In this document: positions 18,766 to 28,499 of the stretch, piece by piece
Layout: every line of letters begins with the position of its first letter
Position numbering within the stretch: the stretch's first letter is position 1
Origin: Agathobacter sp.
Lineage (GTDB): Bacteria; Bacillota; Clostridia; Lachnospirales; Lachnospiraceae
Reading direction: 5' to 3'
Assembly (NCBI GenBank): GCA_017409825.1
Contig: JAFQRZ010000013.1
Coordinates: 1,503 to 65,502, forward strand
DNA: 64,000 nucleotides
Translations under genes and position numbers: made by a program
Notes under the pieces: generated by a model
What the model was told of the DNA's origin: nothing
The model's input: the letters and a program-made list of their open reading frames with translations, nothing else
Databases searched by the model: none

Positions 18766-21700
18766 TTATTCTGGTCTATCAAAATTGTTTGGATTGATAA
18801 CCATTGTTTTTTCCTGATTACTATAGGTGAATGTACATCTAAAATAATCCTGCACTTCTCTTTGTGTGATATAGCGGAAATGATAAGCATCCTCTACACC
18901 ATCCACCTCGAAGTCTTCCAGCACATTTCCTTCAAAATTGGTAATTGGCTGTGCCTGTAACCAATCTCCCCAAACATCGATTTCCCATCTGGTATCCTGA
19001 TAAAATACACCGTAACCGCTTGCTAAAACTGGCTCATCTGCAGCAGCTAACGTATTTACTAATACTTCCGCATTATCCTGATTAAATCTGGTTGCACCAA
19101 TGAGATACACTCCATAAGAACCATCCAAGTATCTTTCATAATAGAAAATACCTGCCTCTTTCCATCGGTCATTTAGTGTCTGTACATCCACCACTTCATT
19201 TTGTTTCTCTACAGAAGGTGGCTGCCAATCACCAATGTGTACTAGGCCAACGGATGGATATGGATACTTCGCTCCCAGCTTTTCGGAGAATGGGAGGTCT
19301 GGATTTACATCACCGTCATAATCCGCTCCAGCATCGCCTCGCATCAAGCGACATAATTCAATTGGTAATCCATTTCCAATTTCGCTATCTACTGTAGTAT
19401 TATAGTCGGCTTTTTCATCATAGCCCCAATAACACGCATCGGTTTCTGCATCCTCGCCTGCAAAACCATACATTTGAGCACCATTTAGCTGGCAAATCGT
19501 ATAGCACCAGGATGCCTTACCAAATTCCATAAATCCATAGGCTGTATATCCAGATACCGAACCTGATGCGTAACAGTATTTCAAGCTATCAGCAAAACTT
19601 GAATTTCTTAATACAAAGCCTGACGCCTGTACCATTGCTGCTATACCACTCACCCTCGTATTTGCATAAGCATGGTGAATATATCCACCGTTTTGTGCCG
19701 CAAATCCTGCTGCTTCTGATACACCAGTTATCGTTCCTACTACCAGCGATTTTGAAATCACACCTGTATTTTCTACTACAAAACCAAATGCTCGATATCC
19801 GCTAATCTGCGTATCCTCGTATGTATCCTTAGAAACCACAGATGCGTTCTGAATATTACCACTATTGGTATATACAAAGCCTGCACCTGTCGCAGTAGTC
19901 TTAAGCTGTGCATGTTCTACCGTAGCCCCTGCAATTGTGCCCGTATTTGTATTGACAAAAACAGCTGCGTTGTTCTGCGTATCTATCACGCTGTCGACTA
20001 CCGTAGTGTTAAGAATTGTACCAGTATTAGTATCAAAAATTGTGTTTATTGCATTACGAATCACAAAACCATCATCCGCTCTTCCATCATATACATGACT
20101 GTAATTTACAGTAATCGGTGTGTGACCGGCTGCCAAATCCAAGCTATGGGTTTGTGCCATGCAAATATCAGAACCTACTATCATACCCACACTTGCAAAC
20201 TGTTCTGGCGTACGAACCTGTAAAGGCTGTCCCTCCGTTCCTAATACGCCATTTTCCAGACTGATTGCTGCTGCAAAGTTCGGATTGATATATAATTCTT
20301 TCTGAACGGAAGATTCTACACTTAATACTTCTCCATTTGCTACTAATACTGTTTCATACGTATATGGAAGCATCACAAATCTTGTATTTCCACTAATTGC
20401 ACTTGTTGTTCCAGCCGCTGCATACAAATCATCTCTACTAAATTCCACCACATAATAGGTGTGTGATACATTTGTTTCTCGATCTACAATCTGCTGTGTA
20501 AATAATGCATCATACTTCTGACTTGCGTCAACGGTCATATTTCCATATCCCGTTTGAATAATTTCTTTAGAATCGTCTTTCACCAACGTATCTACTACCG
20601 TACCGTCTTCATTCAGATAATAAATACCAAAGTCATCTGTACCATATTTTTCAAAGTATACTGGATAGCTTCCAACAACACGCTGTTCTTCGACTGGCCA
20701 ATCACCATAATGTACGTATGCACCTTCCCCATTCTTCACAAAAGCTGGGAATGGATATGCTACATTTGTAGCTCTGCCAAAGACTGTAATTCCATTTGCT
20801 AAGCCTTCTATATTTGCCAACGTATTATAATCCGTTTCTCGACAGGTGTTTGGATGATCACTACTTTGACTTCCAAAATAATAGGCTTGTATCGTATCTC
20901 TATCTCCCGAACTAACCAAAGTATTCAACTGGTCAAAATGATGTTGTTGCTGTTCTGTCAAGTAATACGAAAATCCTGGAACAGAAACATTTGTTGAGCT
21001 ATCACGGCGGTCAGTCGTCCAGCCACCACCAGTAATGCCAAAAATACCACTATATGGGTCACCACTATAAGTACACACCATACGGCTGACTACTGGAATA
21101 TACCATTGAAAATCATCATAGTTGCCATCTGTATATTGCGTACCGTTTTCATCCACATAAGTACCACGTCCAATATGCCATATATCAGCATCTATCTTGG
21201 TATAGGTATAGATATTTTTATACTGAACCGTACCAGAACCAATGCTTAAATTCGTGGCAGGTGTATCCATTGCACCTGGACAAAAACCACCGATACGCAG
21301 ACGCATCACAGCATGGTTATTCCAATCCACATCAATACTTCCACCTGCATAACAGTTTGAAATGGTATTGTAAAAATAACTTCCTGCAAATCCGCCCAAT
21401 AAAACGGCACCGTCCAAACCATCCTTGTAGCTTCGATTGTATTCTTCATTAAAGATTGCTCTTACATCATTTACCGCAGAGCAACTATCAATATCGCTCA
21501 TACCGAATCCAATCAAACCACCGACTGCAATACCGACTGGCTGGCGGTAGACATTCGTATCTGCAAGCGGATTATACGTATATTGTACGGTATAGCCTGC
21601 TGCCGCACAATTTTCAATTACATTGTTACCATTATAATCCAGACCAATCAAGGCACCTACACCAGTACGTTTTCGATTTCCGGAACCATACGACTTCAAA

Positions 21701-24700
21701 TCATGATATGTTCCGTTAATCACGCCGGCATTTCCTGTCGGTGCATCTGATATCGTCATGACGATATTTTTAATTTCCGCATCAATAATTTCGCCAAACA
21801 ATCCCACAAACTGTCTGCTGCTATCCAAACAATAATCTATAATCTTGTGGCATTGCCCATCATAGCTATTGCTAAACTGTGCGTAGTTGATATTATCCGT
21901 AGAATCAATATCTGGCTGTCCGATCGGCTCATTTGCATAAGATGTACCAAATTTCGTCAAATCAAATTCATGACCGCCATACTTCTTACTTCCGTCTGGC
22001 TGAATTCCATAAGTACTGAAATTGATATCCGTTTCCTGAATAAAGTACATTTCTGTATCATTACCACCTCGAGCATTCCAATAATACGGATATCTTCCTA
22101 ATGCGTTCAGATGTCTCGCCGAACGAACTGCTACATACTGTGGATCCCAAATACTATTCGGTACTTCTTCTGAACTGTTAATATTTGGATTTACCGCAGT
22201 CTTCGCAAAGTGTGGGCAGTAGAAAAACGACATCTCATCAATTACATTTTGACTGCTGCCCTTTGCTTTTACATCTCTAATCACGAATCTGTCATAAAAA
22301 TTTGTGATACCATAACGCTCTGTACATTGCAAATCATAGGGCAACTGATACAAATACATACCATTTACTAGAAAACTTTCCCCTGTTTCTCCTGTAATCT
22401 CACCTGTTACTGTATCGTGAGAAGTATAAGCTGTAAATTCGATATTGCCTTGTTGTACCAATCGAATTGCTTTTCCTTCCGCATCTTCTCCAGCTAAAAC
22501 ATTGTCCACCTGAACGATCTGCATGGTAGCATCACCGATATTCACCGACTCACCAGAACCTACATATAAATCATAGATAAAGGAATCTAGATTATATTTG
22601 GTTAAAAGGGCATATCCGTCCTCGATACAACTTTCTTCCTTCAAGGTATTTAATAACCATACATGCGTATCATCTGTAATATAGGTTACACCATAGTATC
22701 CATAAGAACCATCTGCATACTTCTCATAATATACCAAAGAGGTATCAATGACATACTGTGCTGGCCAGTTTCCATAATGCTGCGTCTGGTTTGGCAACTT
22801 CGCAAATGGAAATGCCATTTGGAACAAAGTATTCTTATATGGGAATGAGCTACCTACAGACAAGGTATTCTCTCTAGCATCTTCTAAAAAGGTCTTATAG
22901 CTACCAGTTCCAATCACATCTGGGTCCGACAATCCCATTTTATTGAAACCACTTTGATTCATGTATTTACAATTCGAATATGTATTATTATTACTGCTTC
23001 CAGCATAAACGAAACCGCCGGCTGCTGCACCATCTAAAAGGGTCATTCCCTTTTTCAACACTTCGCCATAGGAAGTACAGTTTTGATAAAACGAACGTGT
23101 GGAATTTCCTACAAAACCACCAAACGCATTCTCTCCATACACATTTCCTGTGGAGTATGCTTCCACAATCGTTGCATTTGTGCCTCTTCCTGCAAAGCCA
23201 CCGGCCGCACCGGCAGCCGTTACATCTCCAGATGCATAGGCATTTTCTATCCTACCTGCTGTGGTCTCTCCCACAAAACCACCCGCAACATTCCCCGCAG
23301 CTTCTACTTGAATTGCAGCAAAACAATTTTCTATCGTTGTTCCATTACAAACACCAATCAAACCTCCGACATTCTCCTGTCCGGTTATTTTTCGGGTATT
23401 ATAACGGTATTCCATTTCATTTTTATAGTTTCCTGTCTCATCTGCCTTCTGGCTATAATAAGTGATTGTCCCATCCTCATCCAGAGATGTAGTGAGGTAA
23501 ACACCACAACCACTTAGACTACCACCTGTCATATTACCTACGAAAGCCCCTACATTACTGTAACCATCACCTTTAACAGTAATATCCTCAATCAAGACCT
23601 GTTCAAAATCAACATTATTCGTCTCAGCAAAAAGACCGACATTATTTGACTTTCCATTGACAACGAAATTCTTTAAAACATGAACTTCGTCATTTACAAA
23701 GCCTGTCACTGTTGCATTGGATAAAATTGTTTCATTGTAAATCGGAGCAATCTGTGAAATATATCCATTGTCTGCAAAATCAATACTTTCCGTGATTTCT
23801 ACAATCAACTCTTCGCCATTGCCTCTACGATAAAGACTTGCATCCATATAATCTTCATCTAAGTTCCTAAAATGTCTTAAATTCGAAATCTTAATGGTAT
23901 CTCCAGTTGTATGATTTCCAAAAAGACTGTTTCCTACAACAGGCTCCATCTCATTGGATTCCACACAAAAATCCGAACCATGCTCATAGGTGCTTTTTAC
24001 AACAATGGATATATTTTCTCCTGGCTTTATTCCAGAACCTGCTGTAATCTTTTTAAACTCACTACCAGCATTCAAACTATCCAGCAAGAGAGAAAATTCT
24101 AGGCGTTCTCCTGTATCTACCACACTGTTCAAATCGATTTGTCCGCTATATGTAGCCGTTCCTGCTTCATTAGAGATTAAATACTCAATTTTCAAAGAAG
24201 AGGAATAATATCTACGCAATCTTGCGGATGCATCATAGGATACTTTTAATATCAGCTCCTCCGCATTTACTAGTTCAACCCTCTGATCCAGCTCTACCCC
24301 AGATGACATGGTATTGTTTATGGCCCCACCATAATAACCAATTTTCATCTCTGTTCTCTCTTCTTTGCTTCTATCTACTAAATTTTCGATATCAGTATAA
24401 GAAATGGATTCTTCTTTCTCCCAATAAAACACCCCATAGATATCTCCAGTCTGTGGATTTAGCTCAATTACATAATCCCCTGCTGTCTGATAAATATTTG
24501 TCGTAGTAGCGATCAAAGTTTCTGAAATCGCATCTCTCTTAGAAACATAACACAAGTGTTTCCATGCATCTTTATTTTTTTCTTCATCATAATCCTGTGG
24601 CATTACCTGAAGAAAACGGGTTTCGTACTCTTCCACATAACGTTGATAATATCGTTCCATACCGCCTTCCACTTCTTTGGCGGTCAACTGATTTTGTGCT

Positions 24701-24879
24701 TCCAGATAAATCGTTTTTGCATAACGGTCTAGTTCCGTCATTTTCAAGTCAGAAACAAGATGAGATATTCCTATAACTGAAATTCCTAGCAGCACTACTA
24801 ATACAGCTACTGTAATCAGCATTTCCATCATGGTAAAAGCACTATTCTGTTTTATCTTTTGAAGCGCTCTCCCTCTCAT
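18766..24879 (-). CDS. giant modular prepilin with GLUG-repeat passenger (about 2037 aa)
   Basis: N-terminus MRGRALQKIKQNSA/FTMMEMLITVAVLVVLLGISVIG (Ala-1, Glu+5). Several GLUG-type blocks (NVGGLIGVCNGTTIENCFA, AGGFVGETTAGRIENAYASGDV, FGGFVGN). ATG 24879 is preferred over the track TTG 24885 (AAAGGA RBS 7 nt upstream). Confidence 0.85.
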   Translation of the reverse strand: MRGRALQKIKQNSAFTMMEMLITVAVLVVLLGISVIGISHLVSDLKMTELDRYAKTIYLEAQNQLTAKEVEGGMERYYQRYVEEYETRFLQVMPQDYDEEKNKDAWKHLCYVSKRDAISETLIATTTNIYQTAGDYVIELNPQTGDIYGVFYWEKEESISYTDIENLVDRSKEERTEMKIGYYGGAINNTMSSGVELDQRVELVNAEELILKVSYDASARLRRYYSSSLKIEYLISNEAGTATYSGQIDLNSVVDTGERLEFSLLLDSLNAGSEFKKITAGSGIKPGENISIVVKSTYEHGSDFCVESNEMEPVVGNSLFGNHTTGDTIKISNLRHFRNLDEDYMDASLYRRGNGEELIVEITESIDFADNGYISQIAPIYNETILSNATVTGFVNDEVHVLKNFVVNGKSNNVGLFAETNNVDFEQVLIEDITVKGDGYSNVGAFVGNMTGGSLSGCGVYLTTSLDEDGTITYYSQKADETGNYKNEMEYRYNTRKITGQENVGGLIGVCNGTTIENCFAAIQVEAAGNVAGGFVGETTAGRIENAYASGDVTAAGAAGGFAGRGTNATIVEAYSTGNVYGENAFGGFVGNSTRSFYQNCTSYGEVLKKGMTLLDGAAAGGFVYAGSSNNNTYSNCKYMNQSGFNKMGLSDPDVIGTGSYKTFLEDARENTLSVGSSFPYKNTLFQMAFPFAKLPNQTQHYGNWPAQYVIDTSLVYYEKYADGSYGYYGVTYITDDTHVWLLNTLKEESCIEDGYALLTKYNLDSFIYDLYVGSGESVNIGDATMQIVQVDNVLAGEDAEGKAIRLVQQGNIEFTAYTSHDTVTGEITGETGESFLVNGMYLYQLPYDLQCTERYGITNFYDRFVIRDVKAKGSSQNVIDEMSFFYCPHFAKTAVNPNINSSEEVPNSIWDPQYVAVRSARHLNALGRYPYYWNARGGNDTEMYFIQETDINFSTYGIQPDGSKKYGGHEFDLTKFGTSYANEPIGQPDIDSTDNINYAQFSNSYDGQCHKIIDYCLDSSRQFVGLFGEIIDAEIKNIVMTISDAPTGNAGVINGTYHDLKSYGSGNRKRTGVGALIGLDYNGNNVIENCAAAGYTVQYTYNPLADTNVYRQPVGIAVGGLIGFGMSDIDSCSAVNDVRAIFNEEYNRSYKDGLDGAVLLGGFAGSYFYNTISNCYAGGSIDVDWNNHAVMRLRIGGFCPGAMDTPATNLSIGSGTVQYKNIYTYTKIDADIWHIGRGTYVDENGTQYTDGNYDDFQWYIPVVSRMVCTYSGDPYSGIFGITGGGWTTDRRDSSTNVSVPGFSYYLTEQQQHHFDQLNTLVSSGDRDTIQAYYFGSQSSDHPNTCRETDYNTLANIEGLANGITVFGRATNVAYPFPAFVKNGEGAYVHYGDWPVEEQRVVGSYPVYFEKYGTDDFGIYYLNEDGTVVDTLVKDDSKEIIQTGYGNMTVDASQKYDALFTQQIVDRETNVSHTYYVVEFSRDDLYAAAGTTSAISGNTRFVMLPYTYETVLVANGEVLSVESSVQKELYINPNFAAAISLENGVLGTEGQPLQVRTPEQFASVGMIVGSDICMAQTHSLDLAAGHTPITVNYSHVYDGRADDGFVIRNAINTIFDTNTGTILNTTVVDSVIDTQNNAAVFVNTNTGTIAGATVEHAQLKTTATGAGFVYTNSGNIQNASVVSKDTYEDTQISGYRAFGFVVENTGVISKSLVVGTITGVSEAAGFAAQNGGYIHHAYANTRVSGIAAMVQASGFVLRNSSFADSLKYCYASGSVSGYTAYGFMEFGKASWCYTICQLNGAQMYGFAGEDAETDACYWGYDEKADYNTTVDSEIGNGLPIELCRLMRGDAGADYDGDVNPDLPFSEKLGAKYPYPSVGLVHIGDWQPPSVEKQNEVVDVQTLNDRWKEAGIFYYERYLDGSYGVYLIGATRFNQDNAEVLVNTLAAADEPVLASGYGVFYQDTRWEIDVWGDWLQAQPITNFEGNVLEDFEVDGVEDAYHFRYITQREVQDYFRCTFTYSNQEKTMVINPNNFDRPE

Positions 24880-24929
24880 CCGCAATCCTTTCTAGACTAT
24901 TCCAAAAACATACCCATTATTAATTAATC

Positions 24930-24958
24930 ATTTTATCAAACTCTTTTGATTATTACAA
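24930..24958 (-). promoter_or_regulatory. candidate sigma-A promoter for the pilus operon
   Basis: On the minus strand: TTGTAA (24958-24953), 17-nt spacer, TAAAAT (24935-24930). About 45 nt upstream of ATG 24879. Overlaps the stop of the upstream gene. Sequence match only. Confidence 0.3.
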
Positions 24959-27355
24959 CTTTGGGCTTCTACTATCATGGCAGGTAAAGTAGATAATTTG
25001 GTATTCTTTCCCCACGGTCAAGAGCAGCTCATTCCCTGCCTTTACCTTTTCCTGATCCAGATTTACAAACGGATCATCCAAGATTAGGAATGGCTTTTCT
25101 TCCTGATACATGGCATCTACCAACGCCAGTCGCATACATACACCAATCAAATCCTGGTAACCCGCAGATAACCAGTGCGTTTCGCGAAGCTCGCCCTGTT
25201 CTTTTATCTTGATATTGATATTCGCATCAATCATCCAGTTTTTCTTATCATCTCCGGTAAGCAATCCATAATACTTCCCAAACGCCTGCGCAATTGGTTC
25301 CATATATCTGGCCGTGAACTGTTCTTTCGCCTGCTGCATAAATTCCTGTGTCAGCTTAAGCAGATGATACTTGCGCATATCCTTTTCCTGTGCTAGCTGC
25401 ATTTCTTTTAATTCGGTTTCTTTTTCATCCCTCAAATCCAGCTGCTCCTGCAAATCTTCCATCTGCTTGGTATACTGACTCTTTGCAGCCTTAAGTTCTT
25501 CTAATTTTTCATCTGCCTCTGCAATCCATGCATGCAGCTCATCCAGTGTATATGGACAAAATGCCTGCTTGGTCCAAAATGCTTTATCCTGTTTCGCTTC
25601 AAAATCTGCACGTTTCTTATAAGCCTCTTGATACGCAGCTTCTGCCATCTGATATTCTGTCACCTTGGTCAAAAGCTGATTTAGACTATAATTCACATCT
25701 TCATCCAAATCTAACTGATACAATCTCACAAAATTCACCAGCTTACTTCGAAGCTCCTTATATACGGCATTCTGCTTTTCGTAATGCTGCTTTTTATCCG
25801 TCAAACGAAGGTATTCCTGTACCTGTCCCTTCAACCCATAAATTTTAGACTGGTACTCTGCTACATCACAATAAACATGGTAGGTAGCAAGGAATTTCCC
25901 AATGGTACTATACACCTTGCGTACATCTGTCTTCATACTATTAATCGTATCTGTCAATGTGCGTGCCTTGCCTTCGATGGTTTCCTGCTCTGCATCCATC
26001 ATCGCCTGCCAGGTTTCCTTATCCTTGCCGACACGCATACCCAAAACGCCACCGATGATACCAAAGGCAGCTCCACATGCACCCAAAATCACAGCCGCCA
26101 AAAATACCCAGTGGGAATCTATCATTGGAAACCATTTGTAATACCATGCTAAGGTAGCGCACAAGCCTAAAAATGCAGTGCCAATACCAACAAAAAGGAA
26201 TACCATATAGGCAATGGAGCCTGAAAACTTAGGTTCCATAGGAACCTGTGCCAAATCCGTATGATAAACAGAAAGCTTGGATTCCTGACGTGCGATTTCT
26301 TCTTTTTGCTTGTCAATTTCAACGAACATCTGAAGAGCTGCATCAATTTCAGCATCACTTGGAATCTTCTGCTCAAACATTTCCTGTAATTTACTATATA
26401 CTTCCATCTCTTCGATAGAAAACTCATATCCACGGGCAGCCGCCTGTGCTTCACCCATTTTATTGATGTTCTGCACCTGTGTCTGGAACTCTGCTTCTGC
26501 TGGTACGCCTACAGGAAACAAGGCTTTATATGCATCTCTTTTCTGCTCTTTTTCCACCACTTCCTGGCACAATGCATCATACTGTGCATACAGTGCTTTT
26601 CTACGACTGTCCTCGCTGGCAGCCACCAAAGCATCTGCATGATTTTTACGCACTCTATGCAGCTCCTGAATCTGCTCGGAAACCTGCTGTTCCTTCTGTG
26701 CAATTCCCTCAAGCCCTGTGCTTGCTGCTTCAAAGCTACGCAATTCCTGCGTCAACTGTGTGATATAATTCTTACGCTTTTTGATACTTCCTGTGACACG
26801 ATCTGGTGTCAACTGATTCAACATATCCTTCAACTGCTGATTCGCGCTTTCGAAATTGTTGATATCATCGGTATTTTCTGCCAGATTCCCCAGCTTCGCA
26901 TTGATACCATCAGACGCTTCACTTGCACAATCATTCTGCGCTATGTAAATGCTTCGTTTAAAGGAAGCACTATCTAATCCGAATATTTCCGTTCCAACAT
27001 CTTCCGTAAAATCAAAACATTCGATATTGGTTCGCAAATCATACACATGAAACTCATCTGCTTTATCCGTTTTACCAAAGCTACGGCTGATGCGGTACTT
27101 TTTCCCATCGATTTCAAAGTCTACCTCGCCGCCAAAGGCACCACCCTGCCAAGGGCGATACATCACTCGTTCCTTATCAAAGGCACCTGCTGACTTCTTG
27201 GAATCCAGTCCATAAAACATCGCTTTCAAAAAAGCCGCCAAGGTGCTTTTGCCCCATGCATTTGCTTCGTTTATGACATTTAACCCATCGGAAAACTGGA
27301 GAGTCACGTTATTTAACTTGCCGAAATTGTCAATATGACATGCTAATAATTTCAT
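24953..27355 (-). CDS. SbcC/Rad50-like AAA ATPase (YhaN-type) with central membrane hairpin
   Basis: 800 aa. N-terminal Walker A NEANAWGKST, long coiled coils, C-terminal LSAGYQDL signature and FLILDDPF Walker B. Two hydrophobic helices at about 26036-26218. Confidence 0.8.
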   Translation of the reverse strand: MKLLACHIDNFGKLNNVTLQFSDGLNVINEANAWGKSTLAAFLKAMFYGLDSKKSAGAFDKERVMYRPWQGGAFGGEVDFEIDGKKYRISRSFGKTDKADEFHVYDLRTNIECFDFTEDVGTEIFGLDSASFKRSIYIAQNDCASEASDGINAKLGNLAENTDDINNFESANQQLKDMLNQLTPDRVTGSIKKRKNYITQLTQELRSFEAASTGLEGIAQKEQQVSEQIQELHRVRKNHADALVAASEDSRRKALYAQYDALCQEVVEKEQKRDAYKALFPVGVPAEAEFQTQVQNINKMGEAQAAARGYEFSIEEMEVYSKLQEMFEQKIPSDAEIDAALQMFVEIDKQKEEIARQESKLSVYHTDLAQVPMEPKFSGSIAYMVFLFVGIGTAFLGLCATLAWYYKWFPMIDSHWVFLAAVILGACGAAFGIIGGVLGMRVGKDKETWQAMMDAEQETIEGKARTLTDTINSMKTDVRKVYSTIGKFLATYHVYCDVAEYQSKIYGLKGQVQEYLRLTDKKQHYEKQNAVYKELRSKLVNFVRLYQLDLDEDVNYSLNQLLTKVTEYQMAEAAYQEAYKKRADFEAKQDKAFWTKQAFCPYTLDELHAWIAEADEKLEELKAAKSQYTKQMEDLQEQLDLRDEKETELKEMQLAQEKDMRKYHLLKLTQEFMQQAKEQFTARYMEPIAQAFGKYYGLLTGDDKKNWMIDANINIKIKEQGELRETHWLSAGYQDLIGVCMRLALVDAMYQEEKPFLILDDPFVNLDQEKVKAGNELLLTVGKEYQIIYFTCHDSRSPKL

Positions 27356-28446
27356 ACGTTAATCTCCTCTCCCTGCAAGGCTAAAATACCTGCACGAATC
27401 ACCAATGATTTTTCCTCTTCTGGCAAATCAGATTGCGATACCAAGCGAACGAATTCGCCCTTTAACGAAACATCCCCTTCGTAATCCTTGTAATTTACCA
27501 TAATTTTCGTTTCATTGGTTACTTTAATATAATAAAAATAATCTGCAAACTGTTCCTCTAAAAAGCTGGTATCCAGCTCACATTCAACATTTACCTCTCC
27601 ATACAATACGACCTTTACCAAGCTTGAAGATGCATACTTGTTTTCCTGTAAGGCCTTATCAATGCGCATTGCGGCTTCCTGAGTCGTCGATACCCCAGTA
27701 ACATCTACCAGCATCGTATAAAGTGTACGATAGCCCATCTGCACGAAATTCACATTCGCCTTCAAGGTTTCCATATTGATATCCAGCACGACGAAGCCTT
27801 TCTGCTCACATTCGTCGAAGCCTCTTCCTTCCAAACAACCCGGATAACAATAAATTCCTCTGCTATCCATCTTGTCCATGTGGAATCCATGAATATGTCC
27901 CAATGCAAGATAATCAATATTTTTATTTCGCAAATCATCCAAGCTAATGATTTCCGCCTTGTCCTTGTTGCGATAGCCAGATAATTGCCCATGCATCGTT
28001 ACAATATTAAATGTATCATGATCTAAAACCAAGGAATTGTACGCCGTCAAGCTGTTTTCTGCATTGAGCTCAAGCCCTGTAATTCGTACATTCCCATAGG
28101 AATATGTGGTCCAAGTTTCTCCAAATAAATAGAGATTCTCTGGCATTTCTTCCAGTTTGGATAAGAAATTGTCGTTATCGTGGTTTCCCTTCAAATAGAG
28201 AAAATCAATCTCTGGATTCTGCATAATCACATCGCGAACGGTATTTCTGACCATTGCAGACACATTTCTAGTATCAAACAAATCGCCTGCAATCAAAATC
28301 GCTTTTACATTATTCTTTTTTGCATACTCTACCATACGGGTGAAGGTACGCAGAATCTCGTTCTTACGTTCCTTCGCCTGCTCCTTGGTTAGGTTGGCTG
28401 TCATTTTTGAGTCCAGATGTAAATCTGCACAGTGAATAATTTTCAT
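27352..28446 (-). CDS. SbcD/Mre11-like metallophosphoesterase (YhaO-type DNA repair exonuclease)
   Basis: MKIIHCADLHLD, GDLFD, GNHD, GHIH motifs. ATGA overlap with the downstream ATPase gene. Start set at ATG 28446 (AAAGGG RBS) rather than the track start 28491. Confidence 0.8.
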   Translation of the reverse strand: MKIIHCADLHLDSKMTANLTKEQAKERKNEILRTFTRMVEYAKKNNVKAILIAGDLFDTRNVSAMVRNTVRDVIMQNPEIDFLYLKGNHDNDNFLSKLEEMPENLYLFGETWTTYSYGNVRITGLELNAENSLTAYNSLVLDHDTFNIVTMHGQLSGYRNKDKAEIISLDDLRNKNIDYLALGHIHGFHMDKMDSRGIYCYPGCLEGRGFDECEQKGFVVLDINMETLKANVNFVQMGYRTLYTMLVDVTGVSTTQEAAMRIDKALQENKYASSSLVKVVLYGEVNVECELDTSFLEEQFADYFYYIKVTNETKIMVNYKDYEGDVSLKGEFVRLVSQSDLPEEEKSLVIRAGILALQGEEINV

Positions 28447-28499
28447 AATTTTTCCCTTTTCATTGTTCGACAAAGTGCACTTCTTCGACAAAAAACGCT

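Noticed and set aside
22980-23517. 161- and 144-aa plus-strand ORFs antisense to the giant prepilin gene. Similar ones occur at 19176-24776.
   Set aside because: They occur opposite repetitive GLUG-coding DNA. The His/Leu/Ser-rich translations are mirror images of the repeats and carry no independent signals.
26167-26733. 95-aa and 74-aa same-strand alternative-frame ORFs inside the SbcC-like gene
   Set aside because: The main frame is continuous from Walker A to Walker B. The alternative frames have no RBS or motifs.
24953-28446. SbcC-like ATPase plus phosphoesterase considered as an anti-phage defence cassette (Lamassu/Gabija-like)
   Set aside because: The architecture and ATGA-coupled order match the conserved Firmicutes YhaO/YhaN pair. 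It sits among housekeeping genes with no other defence or mobile markers. It is retained only as a membrane-hairpin curiosity.
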